The notes beneath the pieces are model-generated. The model did no database searches, was not told the DNA's origin, and saw only the letters and a list, made by a program, of their open reading frames with translations. This document shows, piece by piece, positions 26,578 through 37,289 of a DNA stretch of 64,000 nt. Each line of letters starts with the position of its first letter. Positions within the stretch are counted from its first letter, which is position 1. Both the position numbers and the translations under genes were made by a program. Location: assembly GCA_965112155.1 (NCBI GenBank), contig OZ218098.1; one strand, written 5' to 3'. The stretch comes from Podarcis liolepis (lineage: Eukaryota).

Positions 26578-27061
26578 TGTCATGAACTGGCAGGATGGCA
26601 GGGAGGAGGAAGAGGATCCTGGTGAGGGGTTTAGCCATGACTGGGGCACACCGGGGCAGGCTGGGGATGGAGAAGGAGAGATTGGTGTAGAAAGTACTCA
26701 TGGGGTGATGGAGGATAATGAGTAGATGGAGGTCAGTGTACAGGAACCAGAGCAGCAGGACCCATCACCAGAGCCAGAGGGGCTCCTGTCTTCCCAAACA
26801 TGGCAGGCTCTGAGGTGTAAGGAGCAGCAGGAGGTATGCTGTAGGAGGCTGAGGCAGGTGAGGGCCCACAGCCCAGCTCATTAGCTGCCCAGGTGGGGCT
26901 CACTAGCTCTGGTGATTCCTCAGCTGGAGTAGACTCAGAACAGGTGAGGGTCACAGGGAAGCAGAGCTGAGCTGCTGTGTCTGCTTAGCTTCCAACATTG
27001 ATTGGACATGGCTTGGATGGCCCAGGGAGCTTTTTGGGGCTATGCTTGTGTGGGGCTGACC
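26578..27061 (+). mobile_element. Possible solo LTR
   Basis: Starts TGTCA and ends near TGAC; purine-rich ~480-bp block; CCAG on both flanks. Confidence 0.35.
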
Positions 27062-27785
27062 TCCAGGTGCCCTGACCCCCAGATTGGCTGCAAAGGTAGG
27101 AACCTGGCCAGATTGGGCTTTGGAGTTGTTAGGCTGCTGGAATGTGTGCTAGCCACTGCTGTGGGATTGTGCACTCCAGTGGGACTTGCCGCCATGTACT
27201 CCATGGTTCAGAACAGGCAGGGACATACTTAGGGGTTGGGTAGGTTGGCTCCTGGCAAAGGCGCAGGCCCAGAGGAGTGCAAAAATTGTGTTTCTACACC
27301 CTGGCCCAGAGCGGCTAGGAAAATAGTTTCAGGCAAGAAATGCACCCCATTCTCTGCTAGGTTGCTGGGATGCGATCCTTCCCACTCATAACTGAATGCT
27401 TTTACCCCTGCTCTTCCTCCAAATTGGCAAGAGCAGCTTATAGGGCAGGTGGGAGTTGGAGTCCAGCATCTGGAAGACCACAGGTTCTTTTTTTTTTTTT
27501 TTTTTTTTTTAAATAATTTTTATTAATTTTCCAAACATATAATAAAACAAATAACAAAACCAAATCATCACAAGACAAACAAACAATTAAACATGTATAA
27601 TTTCTTAAACTTATTTTCATAAACCTTCTTTCCCGGACTTCCCCATACCTCCCTTTTTCTGCATCCTTATGTTAACCCTTTCTCAGCAACCCTTCGTTTC
27701 AGTTTGTTCACTCATATTCCTTATACATTTTTTCTAGAATTAAGATTTACAGCTGCAGTTCTCTATTTCTTATAACCATAACATC

Positions 27786-30700
27786 TCAGCCGTCATCAAT
27801 TTTGCAACAGTCTTTAAGATATTTTTTAAATTTCTTCCAGTCCTCTTCCACCGTCTCTCTCCCCTGGTCGCGGATTCTGCCGGTCATCTCTGCCATACTC
27901 ATATACTCTGTCACCTTCGCTTGCCATTCTTCCAGAGTAGGTAGCTGCTGCGTCTTCCAATACTTTGCCAGAAGAATTCTCGCCGCTGTGGTAGCATACA
28001 TAAAAAAATTTTTGTCCTTCCTTGGCACCAATTGGCCTACCATACCCAAAAGAAAGGCCTCTGGCTTTTTCAAAAATGTCCATTTAAGGACCTTTTTAAT
28101 TTCATTGTAGATCATTTCCCAGTAGGCCTTTACCTTCGGGCAGGTCCACCAAAGGTGATAGAAGGTACCTTCAGTCTCATTACATTTCCAACATTTATTA
28201 CTGGGCAGATGATAGATTTTTGCAAGTTTGACTGGGGTCATGTACCACCTATAGATCATTTTCATTATATTCTCTCTTAGTGCATTACAAGCTGTAAACT
28301 TAATACCTGTATTCCATAACTGTTCCCAGTCATCAAACATTATGTCATGACCTATGTCTTGTGCCCATTTAATCATGGCTGATTTTACTACTTCATCTTG
28401 TGTATTCCACTTCAGCAGCAGATTGTACATTCTTGACAAGTTCTTTGTATTGGGTTCTAACAATTCTGTTTCTAATTTCGACCTCTCCATCTGGAAACCT
28501 ATTTTCCTGTCCTGTTTAAATACCTCATTTATCTGACGGTAATGCAACCAGTCTCGTACCTTAGACTTTAATTTATCAAAACTCTGCAATTTAACTCTTT
28601 CACCATCTTGTTCTATAATTTCACAATATTTTGGCCATTTGGACTCCATATTTAGTTTTTTTATCTCTTTGGCCTCCATTGGTGATAACCACCTGGGGGT
28701 TTTACTTTCCAACAAATCTTTGTATCTTATCCAGACATTATACAGCGCTTTCCTCACAATATGGTTTTTAAAGCCTTTATGCAATTTTACCTTGTCATAC
28801 CATATATATGCATGCCAACCAAATCTATTATCATGACCTTCCAGATCCAAAATGTCTGTATTCTCAAGAAGTAGCCATTGTTTCAGCCAGCAAAAAGCTG
28901 CCGATTCATAATAAAGTCTCAGGTCCGGCAGGGCAAAACCCCCTCTGTCTTTTGCATCAGTTAAAATCTTAAATTTTATTCTGGGCTTTTTGCCCTGCCA
29001 GACAAATTTTGATATATCTTTTTGCCACCTCTTGAAACAGTCCATCTTGTCCAAGATCTGGAGTGTCTGGAACAAAAACAACATTCTAGGCAATACATTC
29101 ATCTTGATGACAGCAATTCGGCCTAACAAGGAAAGTCTCAGCCTTGACCATATTTCTAGATCTTTCTTCACCTCTGACCAACATTTTTCATAATTGTCTT
29201 TGAATAAATTTAAATTTTTAGAAGTCAAGTTTACCCCCAGATATTTCACCTTTTTTGTTATTGTTAAACCTGTTTCATTCTGAAACTTCTCTTTTTCTGC
29301 CATTGTTAGATTTTTCTCCAACACCTTAGTTTTTTGCATGTTCAATTTAAATCCTGCTACTTGACCAAATTTCTCAATTAGTTCTAAAACTCTTTTGGTA
29401 CTAGTCTCTGGCTCTTGCAAAGTCAATACCAGATCATCTGCGAATGCCCTTAATTTATAGTCTTTTGCTCCGAGCTGGATACCTTTAATCAATTGGTCCC
29501 CTCTAATCATATTCAGCAAAACCTCCAGGACTGTTATAAAAAGTAAGGGTGATAGTGGGCATCCCTGTCGTGTACCTTTTTCTATAGAAATCTCTTCCGT
29601 TACCACATTGTTGACAATCAACTTTGCTTTTTGCTTAGAGTATATAGCACCTATACCGTTTTCAAAACTTTGGCCTACCCCCATCCCTTGGAGATTCTTC
29701 TTCATAAAGGTCCAAGAAATGTTGTCAAAGGCTTTCTCCGCATCCACAAAAATTATAACTGCTTTCCTGTTAATCTTTACTTCCAACAACTCTATAATGT
29801 CTATGATGTTTCTTACATTGTCTGACATATATCTCCCTGGTAGAAAGCCTGTTTGGTCCTTATGAATCTCCTGTACCAAAACCCTCTTTAATCTCTTTGC
29901 TAAAATGTCTGCAAAAATTTTGTAATCCACATTGAGTAATGATATAGGGCGGTAGTTTTTAACCTGGTTCTTTTCAGTCTCTGTTTTCGGTATAAGTGAA
30001 ATAAAAGCTTCTTTCCACGATTCAGGTGCCTTTTTCCCTTCCAAAACTTCATTACAGACTTCCTTCAGTGGTTGTATTATCCATTCCTTCAGTGCCTTGT
30101 AATATCTAGCAGTCAATCCATCTGGGCCTGGAGATTTTCCCAGTTTCATCTTCTGAATGGCGTCCTCTATTTCTTGTCCTGTTATTTTTTCATTCAAAAT
30201 CCTTTTACTTTGTTCTGAGATCTTTGGTAATCCGTGCGTTTTAATAAATTCTTCTGTTTCCTGCTTATTTGCCGGCCCCTGTGCATATAATTTCCTGAAA
30301 AAGCTTTGGAAGCAATTATTTATCTCATTTGGTTTGTGGATAATTTTTCCTTCCATTTCCAAACTTGTCACAGTGTTCAATTTTTGTCTCTTTTTCAGTT
30401 GCCATGACAAAAGTTTCCCACATTTGTCTGCTGATTCAAATGTTCTTTGTCTCATTTGCTTTATCTTCCATTCTATCTCTTGGTTCGTCAGTTCCATATA
30501 TTGTGTCTGATAATACTTTATTTCTCTCAAAATCTCATGAGACTTTGGTTTAGACCTCAGTTTCTTCTCAGCTTCTTTTATTTTCTTCAAAAGTTTTTCT
30601 TTTCTCTCATTCTGTTTTTTCTTCTTTATGGAATTTTGTTGTATTAGGAAACCTCGCATCACGGCCTTACTTGCGTCCCAAATTGTTCTTTTTTCCACAT

Positions 30701-31523
30701 CAGTTCTCAAATTTATCTCAAAGTAATCTTTCACTGCTTTTTGGGCCTTTTTGTAAATCTCTTCATCTCTAAATAGGGCGTCATTCATCCTCCATCTGAA
30801 GGTTCCAGTTGTTGTTAGTTTCATCTCTATCTTCACTGCATTATGGTCAGAGCAAGTTTTTGGGCAGATTTCTGCTTTTTTTATCTTCGGTGCCATAGAA
30901 CTAGTTACCCAAATTTGGTCAATCCGTGTCCAGGTCATTTTTGCTTCAGAGAAGAAAGTTCCCTCCCTCTCTAGAGGGTTCCTTACTCTCCAAATATCAA
31001 TCAAGTCCAGTGTTTCAGTCATTTCAAAAAAAGTCTTTGGAAGTCTTCCATCGTTGGAGATTATCTGTCTCTGCGCCTTGTCCATATTAGTGGAGACAAC
31101 ACCATTCATGTCTCCCATCATTATGATTTTAAAGTCCAGATAGTCCATTAAAGTCTCATGCAACTTCCTAAAGAATTCCGCCTTCCCCTCATTTGGTGCA
31201 TATATTCCTAATATTATAATTTTTTCTCCTTGAAGTTGTATTTCTATCGCCAGGTATCTTCCTTGTTCATCTTTAAAGATCATTTTAGGGGCCAATTTTT
31301 CCTTTGCATAAATCACAACACCTCTTTTTTTAACTTTGTCTGATGAGATAAATTCTTGTCCAAGCCTTTTGTTTATCAGTAGTTTTCTATGTGTCCTAGT
31401 CACATGAGTTTCTTGCAAACAAATTAAGTCCAATTGCTCTCTTTTTAAAATGTGAAAGACTTGGCGTCTCTTCCTGGGGAGATTAAGTCCATTACAATTC
31501 CAGCTAAGAAGTTGCAGAGACAT
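27786..31523 (-). CDS. L1 ORF2p (APE endonuclease, reverse transcriptase, CCHC), 1245 aa
   Basis: Endonuclease motifs WNCNGL, LQETH, GDMN, RIDQI, SDHNAV. RT motifs PGPDG, YRPISLL, DAEKAFD, RQGCPLSP, FADD, KYLG. Knuckle CWKC-x8-H-x4-C. Confidence 0.98.
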   Translation of the reverse strand: MSLQLLSWNCNGLNLPRKRRQVFHILKREQLDLICLQETHVTRTHRKLLINKRLGQEFISSDKVKKRGVVIYAKEKLAPKMIFKDEQGRYLAIEIQLQGEKIIILGIYAPNEGKAEFFRKLHETLMDYLDFKIIMMGDMNGVVSTNMDKAQRQIISNDGRLPKTFFEMTETLDLIDIWRVRNPLEREGTFFSEAKMTWTRIDQIWVTSSMAPKIKKAEICPKTCSDHNAVKIEMKLTTTGTFRWRMNDALFRDEEIYKKAQKAVKDYFEINLRTDVEKRTIWDASKAVMRGFLIQQNSIKKKKQNERKEKLLKKIKEAEKKLRSKPKSHEILREIKYYQTQYMELTNQEIEWKIKQMRQRTFESADKCGKLLSWQLKKRQKLNTVTSLEMEGKIIHKPNEINNCFQSFFRKLYAQGPANKQETEEFIKTHGLPKISEQSKRILNEKITGQEIEDAIQKMKLGKSPGPDGLTARYYKALKEWIIQPLKEVCNEVLEGKKAPESWKEAFISLIPKTETEKNQVKNYRPISLLNVDYKIFADILAKRLKRVLVQEIHKDQTGFLPGRYMSDNVRNIIDIIELLEVKINRKAVIIFVDAEKAFDNISWTFMKKNLQGMGVGQSFENGIGAIYSKQKAKLIVNNVVTEEISIEKGTRQGCPLSPLLFITVLEVLLNMIRGDQLIKGIQLGAKDYKLRAFADDLVLTLQEPETSTKRVLELIEKFGQVAGFKLNMQKTKVLEKNLTMAEKEKFQNETGLTITKKVKYLGVNLTSKNLNLFKDNYEKCWSEVKKDLEIWSRLRLSLLGRIAVIKMNVLPRMLFLFQTLQILDKMDCFKRWQKDISKFVWQGKKPRIKFKILTDAKDRGGFALPDLRLYYESAAFCWLKQWLLLENTDILDLEGHDNRFGWHAYIWYDKVKLHKGFKNHIVRKALYNVWIRYKDLLESKTPRWLSPMEAKEIKKLNMESKWPKYCEIIEQDGERVKLQSFDKLKSKVRDWLHYRQINEVFKQDRKIGFQMERSKLETELLEPNTKNLSRMYNLLLKWNTQDEVVKSAMIKWAQDIGHDIMFDDWEQLWNTGIKFTACNALRENIMKMIYRWYMTPVKLAKIYHLPSNKCWKCNETEGTFYHLWWTCPKVKAYWEMIYNEIKKVLKWTFLKKPEAFLLGMVGQLVPRKDKNFFMYATTAARILLAKYWKTQQLPTLEEWQAKVTEYMSMAEMTGRIRDQGRETVEEDWKKFKKYLKDCCKIDDG

Positions 31524-31530
31524 TTTGATA

Positions 31531-32541
31531 CTATGTACCTACTCCTCCAACTGCTCCAAGTTTCTGTTCCTCCTCCGATGGTGGTAAAAGTCCAAATGAA
31601 AGATTTGCTATATCAGTTGGTTCTTCCTCTGCTATTGTATCTACTGTTCCTTTCTGTAGATCTTCCAAGTTTTTTTCCAAAAAAAATTCTTTATCTTGAA
31701 CTGTTTTTATTTTGACTTTCTTTCCTGTGTAGTTAAAAGAAAGCCCTTGTGGGAACTCCCACCTGAAAGGTATGTTGTTCTTCTTCAGAAGATAGACAAG
31801 ATCTTTGTAGAAGGCCCTCAGCTCCAGAATATATTTAGGGATGTCTTTAAAGATCTGGACTTGACAATTCTGGATTACAAGAGCTTTTTGATAATGTAGA
31901 TTTAGTATTTTATCTCTCTCTTCTTTAGATCTCAGTGTAATCAAGCAGTCCCTGGGCTTCTTGCCTTGCCTTCTTCCCAACCGGAAGGCCGTTGTTATTT
32001 CAAAATCTTCCTCCTGAAATTCGTCCTGCCAAAATTCAAAGATATTTTCTGTGAGGAATTCTATAAGACTGTCTTTTTCTCCCTCTGGAACTGATCGTAA
32101 TTTAAGATTCTTCTCCTTTCTCTGAAGTTCCCACAAAGACAAGGTTGCGCCGTGTTCATCCACCTTTTTGGTAATTGGTGCAAGCTCCCTCTTAGTTTCT
32201 TCTGCTGTATCTTTTGCACTTTGGGCCAGTTTTCTTGTTTCAGTATTTTCTTGAATAAGTTTGTTTATAGAGTCTGTATTAGATGCTACACTTGCCGTGT
32301 TCAAGTCTAGTCTTGTTGTCAGGTCATTCAGTTTTTTTGTATTCTCCGCCGATTGCTTTGTCAGTGCTTCCAAAGACTGATTTATTTTAAGCAATGCCTG
32401 TGTCATTGACTCCATAGATGCAGTTGGTGCTTTTTCCTGACCAGCTGGTATTATGCCTTGCATCGAACCCCTTTTCTTTTGAGGTTGCTGGGTTTGTTTT
32501 GTCTTGGATCTAGTTGTTATCTCATCTGGTTGGCTACTCAT
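31531..32541 (-). CDS. L1 ORF1p (coiled coil and RRM/CTD-like), 336 aa from the first ATG
   Basis: Heptad-rich N-terminal half, then NLKLRSVPE, AFRLG...PRDCLI, IFKDIP and WEFP motifs; lies directly upstream of ORF2. The ORF track start at 32562 is a GTG. Confidence 0.93.
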   Translation of the reverse strand: MSSQPDEITTRSKTKQTQQPQKKRGSMQGIIPAGQEKAPTASMESMTQALLKINQSLEALTKQSAENTKKLNDLTTRLDLNTASVASNTDSINKLIQENTETRKLAQSAKDTAEETKRELAPITKKVDEHGATLSLWELQRKEKNLKLRSVPEGEKDSLIEFLTENIFEFWQDEFQEEDFEITTAFRLGRRQGKKPRDCLITLRSKEERDKILNLHYQKALVIQNCQVQIFKDIPKYILELRAFYKDLVYLLKKNNIPFRWEFPQGLSFNYTGKKVKIKTVQDKEFFLEKNLEDLQKGTVDTIAEEEPTDIANLSFGLLPPSEEEQKLGAVGGVGT

Positions 32542-33129
32542 GTCCTCAAGGTCAATTCTCACAGGAAAGATTTAGCAGTGGAAAACTCCACTCTTTCCCT
32601 CTCACAGTAGCAAATTTTCTTTAAGTCCTCTAGAGGGAGCATTTAATTGTATCCAATTTAAAAAGCCATAGGCACATGAAATAGTAAACAAAGAATCCAA
32701 ACAGCAAAGTCCAAAAGTCCACAGTCAAAGCACTTTTACAGTTTCAGCTTAAATGGTCACAAAATATCTCCATTAAAGTCCTGTAACTTTATCCCAGTCA
32801 AGATCTTAACTTTGTATCCAAATCAAATTGACAGCTCAGCTGCCCGGTGTTTTCTCCGGCAGCCCGACTCAGGGTTTTAACGGTGGAAGCTCTCTTTCCT
32901 TCACTCTTTCACGCAGGTTGTAAATTTCCAATTTTCCTCCCCCCCTTCTCCTGCTTACTGGGGGGGACGATTTAAGTCCAATGTCCGGTTTTAAGCAGCT
33001 TACTAGTTAACTTTCATTTAAGTGCAGCTTTGTCCTCTCGTTGCTTTATTTACATGCAGTCCGGGGAGGCAGACTTCCTTACTTTATGCCTTTCCCGTTT
33101 TCAGCCAAATTTTAAATTAAATGTCCCGT

Positions 33130-33475
33130 TCAGTCTGTCGATCTTACTCACGGGTTTGTAGTCCTGTTCCGACTTTCAGGAAGGAATCAGCGCTCTCTGT
33201 TTAATGGCGACGCGGCTTCACTCCGCAGGCTGGGTGACGACTCTCAGCACCGCGCTCACTCCCGATGCCGTTCCGTAGCCTTTAAAAAGGCTCTTTCACA
33301 ATACCGGGGGGCGCAAAAGGTGCCCGCCGAGTCTCCTTGCTTACAGGCTTCAGCGCCTGCAATTTTAAGGGTCCCCCGCACGCCGTAGCGGGTCAGACCC
33401 GAACTTGCGGAGCAGTCCTCCCTCGGAGCTCGAGGCTAGGACCGCCATTAAACACTGGCGCCAACCGGAAGTCCT
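33130..33475 (-). promoter_or_regulatory. L1 internal Pol II promoter (CpG-rich 5'UTR end)
   Basis: Retained CpGs; ETS-type CCGGAAGT at 33465-33472 and YY1-type CCGCCATT at 33442-33449. Confidence 0.7.
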
Positions 33476-34690
33476 TGGAAGACCACAGGTTCTACTGCTT
33501 TAAGGGGCCATGAGACTCTCAGTAGTTTTTGCTGCAACAGATTAACACAACTACTCTTTTGGAAATGATTCCTATTTTAAACAACTCCTTGCAGAGACTA
33601 AGTGACATCACAATTGAACCAGCCAATCCTAATCTTTCTTAACTGAGATTGCCAGGATCAAGTAATTTTCAAACTTAGACTGCAATCCTATCATCACTTA
33701 CCTGGGAATAAGCCCATTTGAACTCAATGGGGGTTAATTCTGAGTAGCCCTTATAAGATTGTGTTTTTAATTTCTTAGAGACAGATCTTACTTTTCACAT
33801 TTAGGTAGGTATCACAGAATGACCTAAGGCAATGGAGTACATAACATCAGCAGAGTAGGTCTGCCAGGGCTCACATATGGGGAAAGCTATGAACTATTTA
33901 GTGAGAAGAAACAGTCCAGTAATTAGACTATTGTTTTCTTTGGCCAGGAAGAAACAGTAAACCAAGCAGGCCTTTGTACAACAAGGGACGTGACCAGACA
34001 GGAAATGGGCAATTTGCATGAGACAAGCTAGGCCAGGGGAAAAAAAAAGACTACTGGGGAATGCAGATTTATATACAAACTCAGATGCAGCTTTTGGTGG
34101 TCATCCAACATGGAGATTCCTGAGACAAGAGAAAAACAGGAACAAAATTCCAAAATGTCATCTAATCTTTGCCCACATTTGGGCTAAAACAAAAAATACG
34201 AGGCCATGGTGAATAAAACTAGTAGTCCATTCAACTAAGTTTGTTTGTTTTGAACCTAATAAACAGGTTCCTTGCTTGCAGGTTTTCCATAGGCATGTGG
34301 TTGGCCATTGTGAGAACAGGATGCTGGACTAGATGGGGCACTGGTGTAGACTCTTCTTAGACAAGTTGGCATTAACACTTGTTGACTCTCCTCTGGAACA
34401 GTCTAGTTAGCAAAGCTTGGTGGGTCCTATTTTCACCTGTTGTCCCATCCATTCTTCTGTGACTGGTAGGAGATTGGTGCTTCCAAGGACTGTACACCAG
34501 TGAATTCCTCACAGTTCTCTTTCCCTATAACCAGCAGAGTCTGTCAGTCCTGTGTTTTGCTGCAAGGTTAACTTGCTGCTGTGAACCAACAGTTCACCTT
34601 GCACTGCTGTTAATAAGCATTAGGTTCTGGTGAGGTTTATAAGCCAGTATTGCAGCATGCTGCCTGGGACCTAGAGATCATTACAGTGAA

Positions 34691-34748
<58 letters not shown>

Positions 34749-35135
34749 TTATATACTGCCTTATACCTGGAGGTCTCAGGGTGGTTCACAGAATAAAATC
34801 AAAGTATAAAACCACAAAATACATAATCAAAATAAAAGCAACAACCCAGTAACCCTCCCCCCCCACATTTTAAAAGGGTATAGGATGTCAATTAAATCAA
34901 CCAAAGGCCTGGCTAAAAAGGAATGTTTTTGCCTGGCACCTAAAGGTATAATGAAGGCACCAGGCGAACTTCCCTGGGGAGAGCATTCCACAGACAGGGA
35001 GCCACTGCAGAGAAGGCCCGTTCTCATGCTGCCACCCTCCAGACCTCTCAAGGAGACACATGAAGAAGGGCCTCAGAAGATGATCTCAGGGTCCAGGTAG
35101 GTTCATATGGAAAGAGGCGGTCCTTGAGGTATTGC
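34691..35135 (-). mobile_element. L2 LINE 3' fragment with (TTA)n tail
   Basis: (AAT)n at 34691-34746 followed by an L2-type 3' region; the - strand remnant includes YLKDRL. Confidence 0.75.
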
Positions 35136-35139
35136 GGCC

Positions 35140-35300
35140 CTGGTAGAGCATCTGCTTTGCATGTACAGCATCCCAGGTTTGATACCTGGCATTTTTGAAT
35201 AGGTTGGGAAAGATTCCTGCATAAAACTTGAGAGGGCCATTGCCAGACAGTGCAGATGGACCAATTGTTTGAAACCATATAAGGAAGCTTCCTATGTTTC
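35140..35300 (+). mobile_element. tRNA-derived SINE
   Basis: TGGTAGAGCATCTGCTTTGCATG...CCCAGGTTTGATACCTGGCAT (tRNA-Ala-like head), with a body shared with 51420-51785 and 62840-62940. Confidence 0.7.
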
Positions 35301-37289
35301 ATCAGCCAACATTTTCATGGCATCCAACAGGGACTTCCAACATTAGTTTAATTTTAAAGGATGACTGGGTGACTCTTAAAAGCAACTTGACTTTTGGGAA
35401 TCCTGCTGACAGAACTTTAGTCTTGATAGGTTATATGGCTTCCAACTGGAGGCCTGTTTGGAATGTGGGTTAGGATCAAGAGGCAAATCTACTGAATCTG
35501 GTAGTTTTGGTCTCGGCAAAGACATTGACAGAACACAAGTCCCCTTTTCTTGTTGAGGGGACACAGTTGGGACTTGGCCTACATTTAACTGAGGTTGTTG
35601 TTGTTTTACTTCTGTGTCTTTGGTCAAAACCATACCATATTTTCCTTTGTTGGCAGTGAAGACTTAAATTAGCATCTACTGAAGGAACCTTGTCACCGGC
35701 TATCACTGACCTTGTCCATCATGGTGCAAAATAGCTCTTTTTTTCTGGAACGGTACATCCTAACTGATGCATGTCCTATTCCTGCTGAGGTGCCCTGGTT
35801 TTTGTGCCAAACACCATCACAGCAAGTATTTGATGACATCAGGTCCTCTTAATTGAGTCTGTGCCCTGTGATGCTGCCAGGGCAGGACTTTGGGGCAGAA
35901 GTCCAGGGCCTCACTTGGCAGAAAGAGCAGGAGGGGCTCCCAAATGCAACAGGACTGACTTGCCACATTTTGATGTAAGTGAAGTAATACACAGTACTGT
36001 CAAAAAGGGGACCCATGTATGATCACTGAATCCAATCACAGTCTCTCATCACTTACCTGCACTACCAAGTCTGTGCCTTACTTCTGTAGCCTTGTCTCTC
36101 TTTTCCCCAACTCTTCCCCTCACCATCTATTTCTTGTCTGCATGGCTTTTCTGCTGCCCAGACGTGTCTCAGAACCAACCGAGATTAGCAGGGGCCTCCT
36201 TTTTGGGATGCTTCCAAACTGGGAGAAGGGAGCCAGTTGGATTCAGATAAGCTTCCAGCCAGCAGCAAATCAACATGTGCCCAAAAGCCAGCATTGTTTC
36301 TCATCCTTGGTTAGAGCGTGAGTGTATGAGGAATGCTGGGCTGAAAGCTTATACAGCCCGTTTGGTGGTTCATTGAAAATTCAGATACATTATTGGTTCA
36401 GAATGAGGCGGCGTGGTTCTTGAAAAAAGAACTGGATGTAGCCAATAAGGAGCAGGCTGCATCTGTGCCTGCATTAGCAACAAGTTGCTTGAAATCTCCT
36501 TGTGATGACCAGTGTTTAACCTGCAACATCCTTGTGTAGTTTGAGGCTTTAAGCCATTTTCAGATATCCAATGTGGACTTGACTTGTGCTGTCCAGTGTG
36601 TGCTGCTGACTCTCAACTTTTGTGGATCCCTTGCCCTGCCCATCTGGGTGGGACCCAGGAGAAGGAACAATGTTGGGTGTAGAGTCCCTGCATTCCTGTT
36701 CTGCTATACCCTTCTATAGCACTGTTGTCACAGAGCATGCTTTGTGTTGATGCAGCCTGCTTTGATGTACCCTGGTTGTATGTGTGCATTTGCACACTGC
36801 CTTGAGCCTGCTGCCTTGGCGTAAGTGTGCAGCTTTAGGAAGGCAGCCACTCTTATCGGCCCTCTCCTCCAAATTTCTCTAATGAGATGTCCCGCATTTT
36901 ACTTCGTTTTTTTAAAAGCCTTACAGCCTTGACTTTGTAGAGTTCCACCTGCTCCTGCGTCCTTGCCTCTTCAAGCGCACGCCTACAACTCTGATGGCTC
37001 TCAAAGCCAGGACTCGACGGGTTGAACTGACAAGCCGTTCCCCCTCCCTTTCCCAGCGCCCCTCAACCACGCTCCTCAGATATCAAGGCTAAACGCGTGC
37101 ATCTATGTGTAGGCACAGAACCCACTTACTTCTAATTGATACAGGATCACGAGTGCCATTTACGCAGCTCTTCAGAGTGATGTGTTGCTAACTGGTTAAT
37201 TAAGCATGGCAAACCTAGAGACTGGATTGTGGCAACGAACTGGGGAGGTCAGGAGAAGGAACTCACGTACCCATCGAAGAGGGGCACAT

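Larger units (their letters stand above)
27489..33475 (-). mobile_element. Full-length intact L1 retrotransposon (~5.99 kb)
   Basis: Exact 18-bp TSD TGGAAGACCACAGGTTCT (27471-27488 and 33476-33493), pure ~22-nt poly(A), two uninterrupted ORFs, CpG-rich 5' end. Confidence 0.98.

Noticed and set aside
27802-31899. + strand ORFs antisense to L1 ORF1 and ORF2
   Set aside because: Shadow ORFs of the coding strand.
1-37000. RUFY4 or CXCR1/2 expected by mammalian synteny
   Set aside because: No RUN, FYVE or 7TM motifs found by eye, so no symbol was assigned.
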